64,000 bases of DNA from Candidatus Nealsonbacteria bacterium (GCA_026396195.1 JAPLXH010000005.1:3710-67709); one strand, 5' to 3'; numbered from the stretch's first letter, positions 1 to 8,393 are shown. The notes: generated by a model not told the origin, from the sequence alone. Numbers and translations are program-made.

Positions 1-2
1 AT

Positions 3-527
3 ATAATGAGCGGACCAAAAAATATTACTCAGGCTTTCTACATTTTATTGGGCCCGCTTAACTTAATGGTTTTTGCCGATAAAAATGGCGTATCTCAATT
101 TGTTTATAATAAAAAAGGAGTTTTTAATTTGGTAAAAGAAAAATTAATTATTCCGGAAGGAAATTTATATTCTCCGGGCGGACTCAGGAAGGAATGGACA
201 AGTTCTCACAATTCCGTTATTGGTGATTTAGAAAAAGAAGGCTTTAAACTTCGCTATAGCGGTTCATTTGTGCCTGATTTTCATCAAGTATTGATTTATG
301 GCGGTATTTATACTTATCCCGCCTTGATTGATAAACCGAAAGGAAAGCTCAGATTGCTTTTTGAAGTGGGACCCATGGCTTTTATAGCCGAAAAAGCTCA
401 GGGAGCAGCTATTGACGGCAAGAACCGCATTTTGGAAATTATTCCCACCGAGGTTGATCAAAGAACCCCGGTATATATCGGGTCAAAGAAATTAACAGAA
501 AAATTGAAAGAAAAGCTATCATTATAG
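3..527 (+). CDS. fbp: fructose-1,6-bisphosphatase class 1, C-terminal half (5' end outside window)
   Basis: Contains YSGSFVPDFHQVLIYGGIYTYP and GKLRLLFEVGPMAFIAEKAQG, the conserved C-terminal FBPase class 1 blocks. The frame is open to the window edge, so the Met at 6 is probably internal. Confidence 0.85.
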   Translation: MMSGPKNITQAFYILLGPLNLMVFADKNGVSQFVYNKKGVFNLVKEKLIIPEGNLYSPGGLRKEWTSSHNSVIGDLEKEGFKLRYSGSFVPDFHQVLIYGGIYTYPALIDKPKGKLRLLFEVGPMAFIAEKAQGAAIDGKNRILEIIPTEVDQRTPVYIGSKKLTEKLKEKLSL

Positions 528-549
528 CTAAAATATTTTTTAATAAAAA

Positions 550-1794
550 ATGAAAGAAAATATTGAAAAGTTAGTCTATGAATTAGTTTTTGAAAATAAT
601 AAAGAGGCAGCCGAAGAAATCAAAAAAAGAGCCAAGGCCCAAGGAATAAAATTGGCCTCCACTTATAATTTATACAAAGCCAGGGCAAAAAACGAATGGA
701 AGGGCTTTTCTGTTCCGGCTTTTAATATCAGGACTTTGACCTTTGATACCGCTAGGGCGGTCTTCAGGCAAGTTTTAAAGAAAAAAGTAGGAGCTTTCAT
801 TTTTGAAATAGCCCGTTCTGAAATTAGCTATACCGACCAAAAAATGTCGGAATATGTTCCTGTAATATTGGCAGCGGGAATAAAAGAAGGATTTAAGGGA
901 AATTTGTTTTTTCAAGGAGACCATTTTCAAATTAAGGCCGAAAAGTTTTTCGATGATAAGCAAAAACAGGAAGAACTTTCAGTTGTGAAAAAACTCATTA
1001 AAGAATCAATAGAGGCTGGAGCTTATAATATTGACCTTGATTGTTCCACCTTGGTCAAGTTGGACGAAAAAGACCTAAGGGAGCAGCAAAAATATAATTT
1101 TGAGTTGACAGCTCTGCTGACTTCTTATGTCCGGGAAATAGAGCCAAAAAACATTGTAATTTCAATTGGAGGGGAGGTGGGAGAAATTGGAGGAAAAAAC
1201 AGCACTCCAAAAGACCTTAAAGTTTTTGTTGAAGGATACAACGAAGAAATTAAAAAATTCGGCAAAATGAAAGGCTTGATAAAAATAGCAGTCCAAACCG
1301 GAGCAACCCATGGAGGAATTGTCCTGCCCTCGGGAGAGATTAAAAAAGTGGATATTGATTTTGAGACCCTAAATAAACTCTCAAAGGAAGCTCGAAAACA
1401 TGGGATGGGAGGAGCGGTCCAGCACGGAGCATCAACCTTGCCGGAAGAATATTTTGATAAGTTCGTTAAGGCGGAAGCGGTAGAAATTCATTTGGCAACC
1501 GCTTTCCAGAATATAGTTTATGACAGCCCTTATTTTCCGGCTCAATTAAAAGAAAAAATATCCGACTGGTTGAAGAAAGAAGCGGAAGGCGAACGAAAGC
1601 CGGACCAGACGGAAGAGCAATTTTTTTATAAAACCCGGAAAAAAGCCTTGGGACCGTTTAAAAAAGAAATATGGGCCATTCCTCAAAAAGCCAGAGATAA
1701 AATTTCTGAAGAATTAGAAAGTAAATTTGCCCTTATCTTCGATGAATTAGATGTGGAGGGTACCGTAGATTTGGTTGAAAAATATTCTTTTTAA
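550..1794 (+). CDS. fba: class II fructose/ketose-bisphosphate aldolase family protein
   Basis: Blocks LFFQGDHF, SIGGEVGEIGG, QTGATHGG and VQHGAST resemble class II aldolase metal/substrate motifs. Adjacent to fbp. Confidence 0.75.
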   Translation: MKENIEKLVYELVFENNKEAAEEIKKRAKAQGIKLASTYNLYKARAKNEWKGFSVPAFNIRTLTFDTARAVFRQVLKKKVGAFIFEIARSEISYTDQKMSEYVPVILAAGIKEGFKGNLFFQGDHFQIKAEKFFDDKQKQEELSVVKKLIKESIEAGAYNIDLDCSTLVKLDEKDLREQQKYNFELTALLTSYVREIEPKNIVISIGGEVGEIGGKNSTPKDLKVFVEGYNEEIKKFGKMKGLIKIAVQTGATHGGIVLPSGEIKKVDIDFETLNKLSKEARKHGMGGAVQHGASTLPEEYFDKFVKAEAVEIHLATAFQNIVYDSPYFPAQLKEKISDWLKKEAEGERKPDQTEEQFFYKTRKKALGPFKKEIWAIPQKARDKISEELESKFALIFDELDVEGTVDLVEKYSF

Positions 1795-1836
1795 AATTTC
1801 AAAAAACTTTTTATTAAAAATAAAAAAATAAAAAAA

Positions 1837-2307
1837 ATGAAAACCAAAGTCAAAAGCAAAAATGCTTTTAAAATTATTTTATGGATTTTATTATTATTTT
1901 TGACAATCGTTCTTTTTTGGCTGGTTAGAAATTGGATAATTTTGAAAAATTACGAGGCACAAAACGTTGCCATTTCTACCGACAAAGCGAATTATCAGGA
2001 AGAAGAAGCTTTAAGATTAAAAATAAAAAACGAATCCAGGGATACGCTTTGTTTTTCTAATTTTTTTCCTTATTTTTTGGAAAGAAAAGAAGACAGCAGG
2101 TGGTCGCTTTATAAATACGTGCCCTTGCAAAATAAAGATTTAATTGTAAAATGCATGACAGCCGGAGAAATCAAAGCTTTTGAAACAATATTGTTCGGGG
2201 GAAAGGGGATTCATCGCATTGCTATTCCTTTTTGCGCCAATTGTCAGGTTGGAGCGGAGTTTCAAGCCAATAAAATATATCATTCTAACGAATTTACAAT
2301 CGAGTAG
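1837..2307 (+). CDS. hypothetical protein with N-terminal membrane anchor
   Basis: ORF with a hydrophobic N-terminus (IILWILLLFLTIVLFWLV). No recognisable domain. Confidence 0.5.
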   Translation: MKTKVKSKNAFKIILWILLLFLTIVLFWLVRNWIILKNYEAQNVAISTDKANYQEEEALRLKIKNESRDTLCFSNFFPYFLERKEDSRWSLYKYVPLQNKDLIVKCMTAGEIKAFETILFGGKGIHRIAIPFCANCQVGAEFQANKIYHSNEFTIE

Positions 2308-2375
2308 AATGTAAATTCGTTTACGATTAAATAATATAACCAGTTTATATAATTAAGCAGTATAAATCTAAAAAA

Positions 2376-2600
2376 ATGAAAATTATTCAAGAAGAATCAA
2401 AATGTATCGGTTGCGGCACTTGCGCGAGTTTGTGCGCTAAATACTTTGAAATGAGGGATGACGGCAAGGCCCATTTGATAGGGTCAAACTTGATAGACAA
2501 GGAAAGCGAAAAATACGAGAAAACAATAGAAGAGCTTAGTTGCGCCAAAGACGCGGCCGAAGGATGCCCGGTTCAATGCATTGAAATAAAAAATAAATAA
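2376..2600 (+). CDS. small ferredoxin
   Basis: CIGCGTCASLC cluster motif plus a distal C-P (EGCPVQC), 74 aa. Confidence 0.7.
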   Translation: MKIIQEESKCIGCGTCASLCAKYFEMRDDGKAHLIGSNLIDKESEKYEKTIEELSCAKDAAEGCPVQCIEIKNK

Positions 2601-2612
2601 AAAAATAATAAA

Positions 2613-3323
2613 ATGTTAGAAATTAACGCCAATATCAGAAAGGAGGCCGGCAGAAAAACAAAAAAACTCCGAAAAAAAGGAGTTTTGCCTGCCGTTGTAT
2701 ACGGGTCAAAAATGAAACCCGTATCTTTGGAAGTGGAAAGCAAAAGTTTCGGAAAAACGTACAGCAAAGCCAAGGGAAGTTCTCTTGTGTCTTTAAAAAT
2801 AGAAGGAAAAAAAGAAAAATACTTGGTTTTAATTCATGATTTCCAGAAAGACCCTTTAACCGGGAAATTTATTCATGTTGACTTTTATCAGCCTTCCTTG
2901 AAAGAAAAAATTCAAATTAAAATTCCTTTAGTTTTCGAGGGAGAATCGGAAGCAGTAAAGAGCTTGGGAGGTACTTTGATTAAAAACATTGCAGAACTGG
3001 AAGTCAGGGCTTTGCCTGAAAATCTTCCCCATGAAATTAAGGTGAATATAGGAAAAATTAAAACCTTTGAAGACCATATAAAAATTTCAGACTTGGAAAT
3101 TCCGGAAAACGTGGAAATATTAAAAAACCTCGGAGAAATTGTGGCTTCCGTGGTACCGCTGGCAAAAGTGGAGGAAGAACTGGAAAAACCGATAGAAGAA
3201 AAAATAGAAGAAATAGAAAAAGTAGAGAAGAAGAAGGAAACGGAAGAGTTAGAAACAGAAGAAGAGAAAAAAGAGAAAAAAGAAGAGAAAAAAGAAGAAA
3301 AATCTCAAAAAAATAAACAATAA
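2613..3323 (+). CDS. rplY: 50S ribosomal protein L25/Ctc with Glu/Lys-rich C-terminal tail
   Basis: N-terminus RKEAGRKTKKLRKKGVLPAVVYG is typical of bL25. The C-terminus is a low-complexity E/K tail. Confidence 0.85.
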   Translation: MLEINANIRKEAGRKTKKLRKKGVLPAVVYGSKMKPVSLEVESKSFGKTYSKAKGSSLVSLKIEGKKEKYLVLIHDFQKDPLTGKFIHVDFYQPSLKEKIQIKIPLVFEGESEAVKSLGGTLIKNIAELEVRALPENLPHEIKVNIGKIKTFEDHIKISDLEIPENVEILKNLGEIVASVVPLAKVEEELEKPIEEKIEEIEKVEKKKETEELETEEEKKEKKEEKKEEKSQKNKQ

Positions 3324-3328
3324 AAAAT

Positions 3329-4759
3329 ATGAAGCTTAAAATTTTACAAATACTCCTGGTATTTGTTTTGGTTTTGGGCTTTGCTTTGCCGGCTTCCAAG
3401 TTTTTTTTAAAAGCAAACGAAAATTTGGAAGAAATTTGCCAGATAGATAAGCTTGATAAGGACTGTGAAAGTCTTTCGGCGACTGATTGCCGGCAACTTT
3501 TAGAAAAATGCGAAATTTATTTTCAAGAAAAAAGCGATAAAATCGCAGAGGATATCGGCAAAACAGAAGCTGAAAAGAAAACCTTAAAGAACCAGATTTC
3601 TGTTTTATCCGGCAAGATTACAAAGCTGAATTATCAGATTGACCAAAATAATATTATGATAAGAGACTTAGGTCTCCAGATTAACGACACCCAAGGTTCT
3701 ATTGACAAAACTACCCTAAAAATTGAAGAATCAAAAAGCCAGTTGGCTGAGGTTTTAAGAGAGGTTTACGAACAAGACCAAAAATCAACGATAGAAATTT
3801 TAATCGGCAATGAAAAACTTTCTGATTTTTTTGATAACCTGACAGCCTTGGAATCTTTGAATGAAAAAAACCAGCAGCTTTTAGAAGATATTAAAAATTT
3901 AAAAAATTCATTAGAAGATCAAAAGAAGTCTTTAGGGGATGAAGAAGGACAACTAGAGTCAACGGTTAAATTGCAAATTCTTCAGAAAGCAGAGAACGAT
4001 AAAAACAAAAAAGATCAAGAATATTTTTTAAAACTGACCGAAGCTGAATACCAAAAATATTTAAAAGAAAAAACAGAGGTTGAGAAGCAAACAGCGGAAA
4101 TCAGGTCTCGAATTTTTGCGTTAATTGGAGTTGCCAAGGCTCCAAGTTTTGGAGAAGCGGTTGAACTGGCTAAGTATGTTGAAAAAAGTACAGGGGTTAG
4201 GGCTGCTTTTCTTCTAGCTATTATTAGCCAAGAATCAGCCATTGGAAGGAATGTTGGCCAATGTGTGCTTACTGATCTTAAAACAGGAGATGGAAAAAAG
4301 TTATCTAGCGGGGACTTAGCTATTAGGGTAATGAAACCGACCAGAGACGTTTCTCCTTTTTTAGAGTTAACATCATCCTTAGGAAGGGATCCGTATAATA
4401 CCCCAGTTTCTTGTTGGATACCCATGTATTCTAAGGGAAGCCCTTATGGCTGGGGTGGGGCAATGGGTCCTGCTCAATTTATTCCTTCAACATGGAACTT
4501 GTATGCTGATAAATTAAAAACTCTTCTTGGGTTGTTTGCCGACCCCTGGGCAATAAAAGATTCTTTCACGGCAGCAGGGCTATTTTTAGCTGATTTGGGA
4601 GCTTCAGCCCAGACTTCGGCAAAAGAGAGCAGTGCGGCTTCAAGGTATTATGGCGGGTCATCCGGTTACACGGCTGGTGTAAAGGCAAGAGCAACTTGTA
4701 TCCAGAGTTTTATAGACAACGGAACCATGTCTTCAAATTGCCAGGATATGATTTTTTAG
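3329..4759 (+). CDS. secreted coiled-coil protein with C-terminal lytic-transglycosylase-like domain
   Basis: Signal/anchor peptide and a long heptad-like region. The C-terminus carries SQESAIG and GPAQFIPSTW, which resemble the SLT catalytic Glu-Ser and G-x-M/A-Q...TW motifs. Confidence 0.65.
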   Translation: MKLKILQILLVFVLVLGFALPASKFFLKANENLEEICQIDKLDKDCESLSATDCRQLLEKCEIYFQEKSDKIAEDIGKTEAEKKTLKNQISVLSGKITKLNYQIDQNNIMIRDLGLQINDTQGSIDKTTLKIEESKSQLAEVLREVYEQDQKSTIEILIGNEKLSDFFDNLTALESLNEKNQQLLEDIKNLKNSLEDQKKSLGDEEGQLESTVKLQILQKAENDKNKKDQEYFLKLTEAEYQKYLKEKTEVEKQTAEIRSRIFALIGVAKAPSFGEAVELAKYVEKSTGVRAAFLLAIISQESAIGRNVGQCVLTDLKTGDGKKLSSGDLAIRVMKPTRDVSPFLELTSSLGRDPYNTPVSCWIPMYSKGSPYGWGGAMGPAQFIPSTWNLYADKLKTLLGLFADPWAIKDSFTAAGLFLADLGASAQTSAKESSAASRYYGGSSGYTAGVKARATCIQSFIDNGTMSSNCQDMIF

Positions 4760-4776
4760 TTGGATTCGTGTAATAA

Positions 4777-4800
4777 AAAATCTGCCTTTCGGCAGATTTT
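4777..4800. terminator. bidirectional hairpin terminator between convergent genes
   Basis: aaaatctgcc-tttc-ggcagatttt, flanked by A/T runs on both strands. Confidence 0.6.
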
Positions 4801-4816
4801 AATTACCAATTACTCA

Positions 4817-5566
4817 TTACGCGTTACTGTTTTTAAAAGCCTTGACTATTGGCTCTAAATTTCCATCTAAAATTTTTTCCAGATTATGCCAGGATTTTTT
4901 TATTCTATGGTCGGTTATCCGGTCTTGGGGAAAATTATAAGTACGTATTTTCTCTGACCTTTCAGCCGAACCTATCTGATTTTTTCGCTCTCCCGTAATT
5001 TTTTCTTGCTCCAGTTGTTTTTGTCTTTCAAGAAGCCTTGCCGCCAAAATGCTCATTGCGTTTTCTTTATTTTCCAGCTGATTTCTTTCGGTTTGAGAGG
5101 TGACTACCAAGCCGGTTGGCAAATGAGTAATTCTGATGGCTGTTTCTCTTTTATTTACATTCTGTCCGCCCGGTCCCGATGCTCGGTAAACGTCAATTTT
5201 TAAATTTTCCGGCCGGATTTGAATTTCCGTTGGTTTTGGTTTCAATAAAACGGCACAGGTGATAGTTGAAGTATGGACTCGGCCGTTTTTTTCGGTTCTT
5301 GGAATACGTTGAACCCGGTGAACGCCGCCTTCATGTTTTAAGCTATCCCAAGCTCCCTCTCCTTTTAGTTCGAAAATTACATGTTTTAGCCCCCTCAAAG
5401 AAGTAGGATTTATATCCAAGGTTTTTTGCTTCCAACCTCTATATTGAGCGTAATTTGAGTACATTCTGAAAAGGTCTTTGACAAACAAAGCCGCTTCCTC
5501 GCCGCCGGTTCCGGCTCTAATTTCAAAAATAAGGGCCTGGGATTCTTTTTTAACTTCATTTTCCAT
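4817..5566 (-). CDS. prfA: peptide chain release factor 1, lacking N-terminal domain 1
   Basis: GGQ motif (ASGPGGQNVNK), RF1-type recognition region RVQRIPRTEKNGRVHTS, and EIRAGTGGEEAALF close to the N-terminus. Only 249 aa. Confidence 0.8.
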   Translation of the reverse strand: MENEVKKESQALIFEIRAGTGGEEAALFVKDLFRMYSNYAQYRGWKQKTLDINPTSLRGLKHVIFELKGEGAWDSLKHEGGVHRVQRIPRTEKNGRVHTSTITCAVLLKPKPTEIQIRPENLKIDVYRASGPGGQNVNKRETAIRITHLPTGLVVTSQTERNQLENKENAMSILAARLLERQKQLEQEKITGERKNQIGSAERSEKIRTYNFPQDRITDHRIKKSWHNLEKILDGNLEPIVKAFKNSNA

Positions 5567-5568
5567 GC

Positions 5569-5799
5569 TTATTTTTTGCTTTTTTCTTTGGTTTTAGCCT
5601 TAGCCAATCTTTTTTTGAATTTTTCGACTCGTCCCATCTTGTCTAGAATTTTATCTTTTCCGGTATAGAAAGGGTGGCATTTAGAGCAAATTTCAGTTTC
5701 AATGTATTCTTTTGTTGAACCAACCGTAAAAGAGTTGCCGCAGGCGCATTGGACCTTGGCATTGGGGTAGTATTTGGGATGAATTTCTTTTTTTGCCAT
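5569..5799 (-). CDS. rpmE: 50S ribosomal protein L31
   Basis: [11 protein letters not shown]...CxC...[11 protein letters not shown], the zinc-ribbon type L31. Confidence 0.9.
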   Translation of the reverse strand: MAKKEIHPKYYPNAKVQCACGNSFTVGSTKEYIETEICSKCHPFYTGKDKILDKMGRVEKFKKRLAKAKTKEKSKK

Positions 5800-5930
5800 A
5801 AATTTTTATGATACTTTTAAGTATAATTTATAAAGACAATATAATATTCTAATTTAAATTAATAAAAAAATCAAGAAAGGCAAAGGAAAACGACATGTGT
5901 TCCTAAGAGGTCTCTTGATTAATTTTTTAG

Positions 5931-6000
5931 TTTTGATATATTACACTTATATTGATTTTTGATATATTATTATATATTAGTTTTTGATATATTATTATAT
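5931..6000. repeat. three direct copies of ttttgatatatta (two extended to 20 nt, 25-nt period) in the rpmE/rpsB divergent promoter region
   Basis: tttttgatatattattatat occurs at 5956-5975 and 5981-6000. A shorter copy lies at 5931-5943. Confidence 0.6.
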
Positions 6001-6024
6001 GTTTATTATTTTAATAGATTATAT

Positions 6025-6786
6025 ATGGCCATATTAAGAGAAGAAAAAGAAATTTTAGCCCATTCTAAAAACGTCTCGGCAGGAGGCGATTTTCAGATTA
6101 ATGCCGATGAAATGACCAATTGCGGAGTTCATTTCGGTCATCGTACTTCCGGCTCCCATCCCAAGATGAAACCTTATGTTTCCGGGGTAAGAAATAGCGT
6201 AAACATTATTGACTTGGAAAAAACAACCGAACGCCTTGAAGCGGCTCTAAAATTCATTCAGGGCTTAATTTCTCAGAATAAAATTTTAATGATAGTCGGC
6301 ACTAAAATTCAAGTTAAAAGCTTGGTCAAAGAAACGGGCCAAGAACTTGATTTGCCTTATGTTAACGAAAGATGGCTTGGCGGAACCTTCAGTAATTTCA
6401 GCGTCATTAAAAAAAGAATAGACTATTTCAAAGATTTAGAAAGAAAGAAAGCGGAAGGGGAGCTTGAAAAATATACTAAAAAAGAGAGAGCCGATTTTGA
6501 CCAAGAATTAAAAAAATTGGAAATAAAATTCGGCGGTCTTAAAAAAATGGATAAACTGCCCGACGCCGTGCTGCTCTTAGATATGAAAAAAGACTGGGTG
6601 GCTTTGGAAGAGGTGAAACAAAAAAAGATTAAAATAATTGCAATCGCCGATACTAATGTGGACCCTACTTTGGTTGATTTTCCAATCCCAGCCAATGACG
6701 ATGCTTTGTCTTCTGTAAGATATATTTTAGACAAAGTAAAAGAAGTGGTTAAAAAAGCAAAAAAAGAAACGAAAAGCGAGAAATAG
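6025..6786 (+). CDS. rpsB: 30S ribosomal protein S2
   Basis: GVHFGHRTSGSHPKM and ERWLGGTFSNF blocks. The start was moved to ATG 6025, because the 22 upstream codons translate an AT-rich repeat. Confidence 0.9.
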   Translation: MAILREEKEILAHSKNVSAGGDFQINADEMTNCGVHFGHRTSGSHPKMKPYVSGVRNSVNIIDLEKTTERLEAALKFIQGLISQNKILMIVGTKIQVKSLVKETGQELDLPYVNERWLGGTFSNFSVIKKRIDYFKDLERKKAEGELEKYTKKERADFDQELKKLEIKFGGLKKMDKLPDAVLLLDMKKDWVALEEVKQKKIKIIAIADTNVDPTLVDFPIPANDDALSSVRYILDKVKEVVKKAKKETKSEK

Positions 6787-6807
6787 TAAAAAATTATTTT
6801 TTTAAAT

Positions 6808-7392
6808 ATGATTTTAATTGATAAATTAAAACAACTCAGAAAGGAAACTTCCATCTCCATGAGCGATTGTGAAAAGGCCTTGAAAGAAACAAACGGAGAT
6901 ATTGATAAAGCAAAAGAAATTTTAAGAAAATGGGGGAAAGAAGTCTCTTTAAAAAGGGTAAGCCGGGAAACAAAACAGGGAATGGTTGATATTTATTTGC
7001 ATCCCAACAAAAAAGTCGGGGTAATGCTTCAAATCCACTGCGAAACTGATTTTGTGGCAAAATCCGAAGAATTTAAAAAACTAGCGCACGAAATTTCTCT
7101 TCAAATAGCGGCTATGCACCCAATGTTTTTAAAAGAAGAAGAGATACCCGCAGAATTTTTAGACGGTGAAAAAAAGATTTACCAGGAACAGTTTAAAAAC
7201 TCCGGCAAACCTCAAAAAATAGTTGACCAGATAATTGAAGGAAAATTAAAAAAATACAAAGAAGAGGTTTCTCTTTTATCTCAAGTTTGGATAAAAGATG
7301 AAAACAAAACCATAAAGGATTTGATTGATGAGTCTATAGCAAAGATAGGCGAGAATATGGCAATAAAAAAGTTTGTTCGTTACGAAATTTAG
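6808..7392 (+). CDS. tsf: translation elongation factor Ts (short form)
   Basis: N-terminal UBA-like LKQLRKETSISMSDCEKALKETNGDIDKAKEILRKWG. The rpsB-tsf gene order is conserved. Confidence 0.85.
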   Translation: MILIDKLKQLRKETSISMSDCEKALKETNGDIDKAKEILRKWGKEVSLKRVSRETKQGMVDIYLHPNKKVGVMLQIHCETDFVAKSEEFKKLAHEISLQIAAMHPMFLKEEEIPAEFLDGEKKIYQEQFKNSGKPQKIVDQIIEGKLKKYKEEVSLLSQVWIKDENKTIKDLIDESIAKIGENMAIKKFVRYEI

Positions 7393-7398
7393 TTTTTT

Positions 7399-7761
7399 AT
7401 GGAAGAATTAATTGCCAAAATTATATTGGGAACAAGTCTTACCGGAATAGGCGCCATTTTAATCAGAAAAATTCCGCTTTTGAAGGAGCCGGCTTTTCAG
7501 CAGATCGACATTTTAGAAGGAAAAAACATTTTTTTAAAAATAAAAGATAAAATCTTAACTTTTAAAATTTTTTCCTCGCCTGAACTATTCTTGCAGAAAA
7601 TTCTTTCTAAAGTCAGGGTTTTTACTTTAAGATTCGAAAAAAAAATTGAGGACCAGCTTAAAAATTTAAGAGAAAAAGCAAAAGAAAAAAATAATTTAGG
7701 AAAGGATGACTATTGGGACGAGGTTAAAAAAAAGAAAGAAGGCGAAGATAAAAAATTTTGA
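7399..7761 (+). CDS. hypothetical small protein, N-terminal TM segment
   Basis: ORF only. Hydrophobic N-terminus and a charged tail. Confidence 0.4.
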   Translation: MEELIAKIILGTSLTGIGAILIRKIPLLKEPAFQQIDILEGKNIFLKIKDKILTFKIFSSPELFLQKILSKVRVFTLRFEKKIEDQLKNLREKAKEKNNLGKDDYWDEVKKKKEGEDKKF

Positions 7762-7818
7762 AATAATAATTATGAGTTGTCTCCGGGGATAGCTCAATGG
7801 TAGAGCAATCCCGATGTT

Positions 7819-8061
7819 GCCACCTTAGCTCAATTGGTAGAGCAACAGTTTTGTCCCAGAAGTATCTTTCCCGATGAAATCGGGATTAGAACTTCGGGAT
7901 CCCGTAAATCTAAACTCGCCGTCCTAGCTCAATGGTAGAGCAACAGTTTTGTAAACTGTAGGTTGTCGGTTCAAATCCGACGGACGGCTCACGAAATGTA
8001 TGGCGAGTAAGATTTTACTGGGATAAACTGTAGGTTCGCGGTTCGAGCCCGCGAGGTGGCT
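7819..8061 (+). tRNA. split tRNA-Thr(UGU): halves 7819-7854 and 8025-8061 separated by a 170-nt insertion
   Basis: Joining the halves gives GCCACCT TA GCTC AATTGGTA GAGC A ACAGT TTTGT|AA ACTGT AGGTT CGCGG TTCGAGC CCGCG AGGTGGC T, a perfect cloverleaf. The insertion ends pair with each other (CCCAG 7855-7859 with CTGGG 8018-8022). Confidence 0.45.
7918..7989 (+). tRNA. tRNA-Thr(UGU), intact, innermost of the nest
   Basis: GCCGTCC TA GCTC AATGGTA GAGC A ACAGT TTTGTAA ACTGT AGGTT GTCGG TTCAAAT CCGAC GGACGGC T. All stems are Watson-Crick. CCA is not encoded. Confidence 0.9.
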
Positions 8062-8136
8062 TTACGGAATTTTAAGAACATCGGGATAAACTGTAGGTTG
8101 TGGGTTCGAATCCCTCTCCCGGCTTGAATTGCTTGA

Positions 8137-8291
8137 CCCCCCCACTAATTTTACTAATAAATTTTATGCGCAGTGCGTATGCCCAATAGCTCATAAACCT
8201 TTTTTGGCGAAGCGTTGCGCCTCAAGACGGGATGTGGCTATTCGCCACTGGCGCTTCGCAAATAACTCCCGAAGTAAAATTAGTGGGGGGG
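8137..8291. mobile_element. MITE-like element: 19-bp perfect terminal inverted repeats flanked by TTGA on both sides
   Basis: CCCCCCCACTAATTTTACT at 8137-8155 is the exact reverse complement of 8273-8291. TTGA lies at 8133-8136 and 8292-8295. The interior is GC-rich and holds a GCGAAGCG/CGCTTCGC stem. Confidence 0.4.
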
Positions 8292-8319
8292 TTGACAGAG
8301 GTTTTTAAAAAAGTAGTAT
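8292..8319 (+). promoter_or_regulatory. candidate 16S promoter
   Basis: TTGACA (8292-8297), a 16-nt spacer, then TAGTAT (8314-8319), about 75 nt upstream of the 16S 5' end. Confidence 0.3.
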
Positions 8320-8393
8320 TGAATATACAAGAACATTAAAAATTTATTGTTGTTAATTAAGTGTTAGTGTTTTAGAGTCGTTTCGAACTCTAT

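Larger units (their letters stand above)
7783..8124 (+). pseudogene. outer, decayed tRNA-like gene split by a 270-nt insertion
   Basis: The 5' part at 7783-7807 has the D arm TAGCTCAATGGTAGAGCA, identical to the inner tRNA. The 3' part at 8088-8124 reads AAACTGT AGGTT GTGGG TTCGAAT CCCTC TCCCGGC T. The 5' anticodon-stem strand is missing, the T stem has a U-U mismatch, and the acceptor register is off by one. Confidence 0.3.

Noticed and set aside
264-461. Antisense and overlapping ORFs throughout the ORF track, e.g. 264-461(-), 3058-3399(-), 4015-4425(-), 6423-6860(-), 29140-29751(-), 44628-45014(-), 59617-60195(-) and 59883-60368(-).
   Set aside because: Each lies opposite or inside a gene with clear conserved motifs. 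Their products are low-complexity mirror translations (Ser/Phe/Leu/Lys-rich) with no start context.
5959-6024. Upstream start for rpsB (MIYYYILVFDILLYVYYFNRLY extension).
   Set aside because: The extension is a translation of the AT-rich direct repeats. The conserved S2 sequence begins at the ATG at 6025.
7855-8024. Group I intron or archaeal-type bulge-helix-bulge (BHB) intron in the split tRNA-Thr.
   Set aside because: At 170 nt, and mostly a complete tRNA, the insert is too small and has the wrong content for a group I ribozyme. The junction gives a 5-nt/4-nt internal loop next to a 5-bp helix, not a 3-4-3 BHB.
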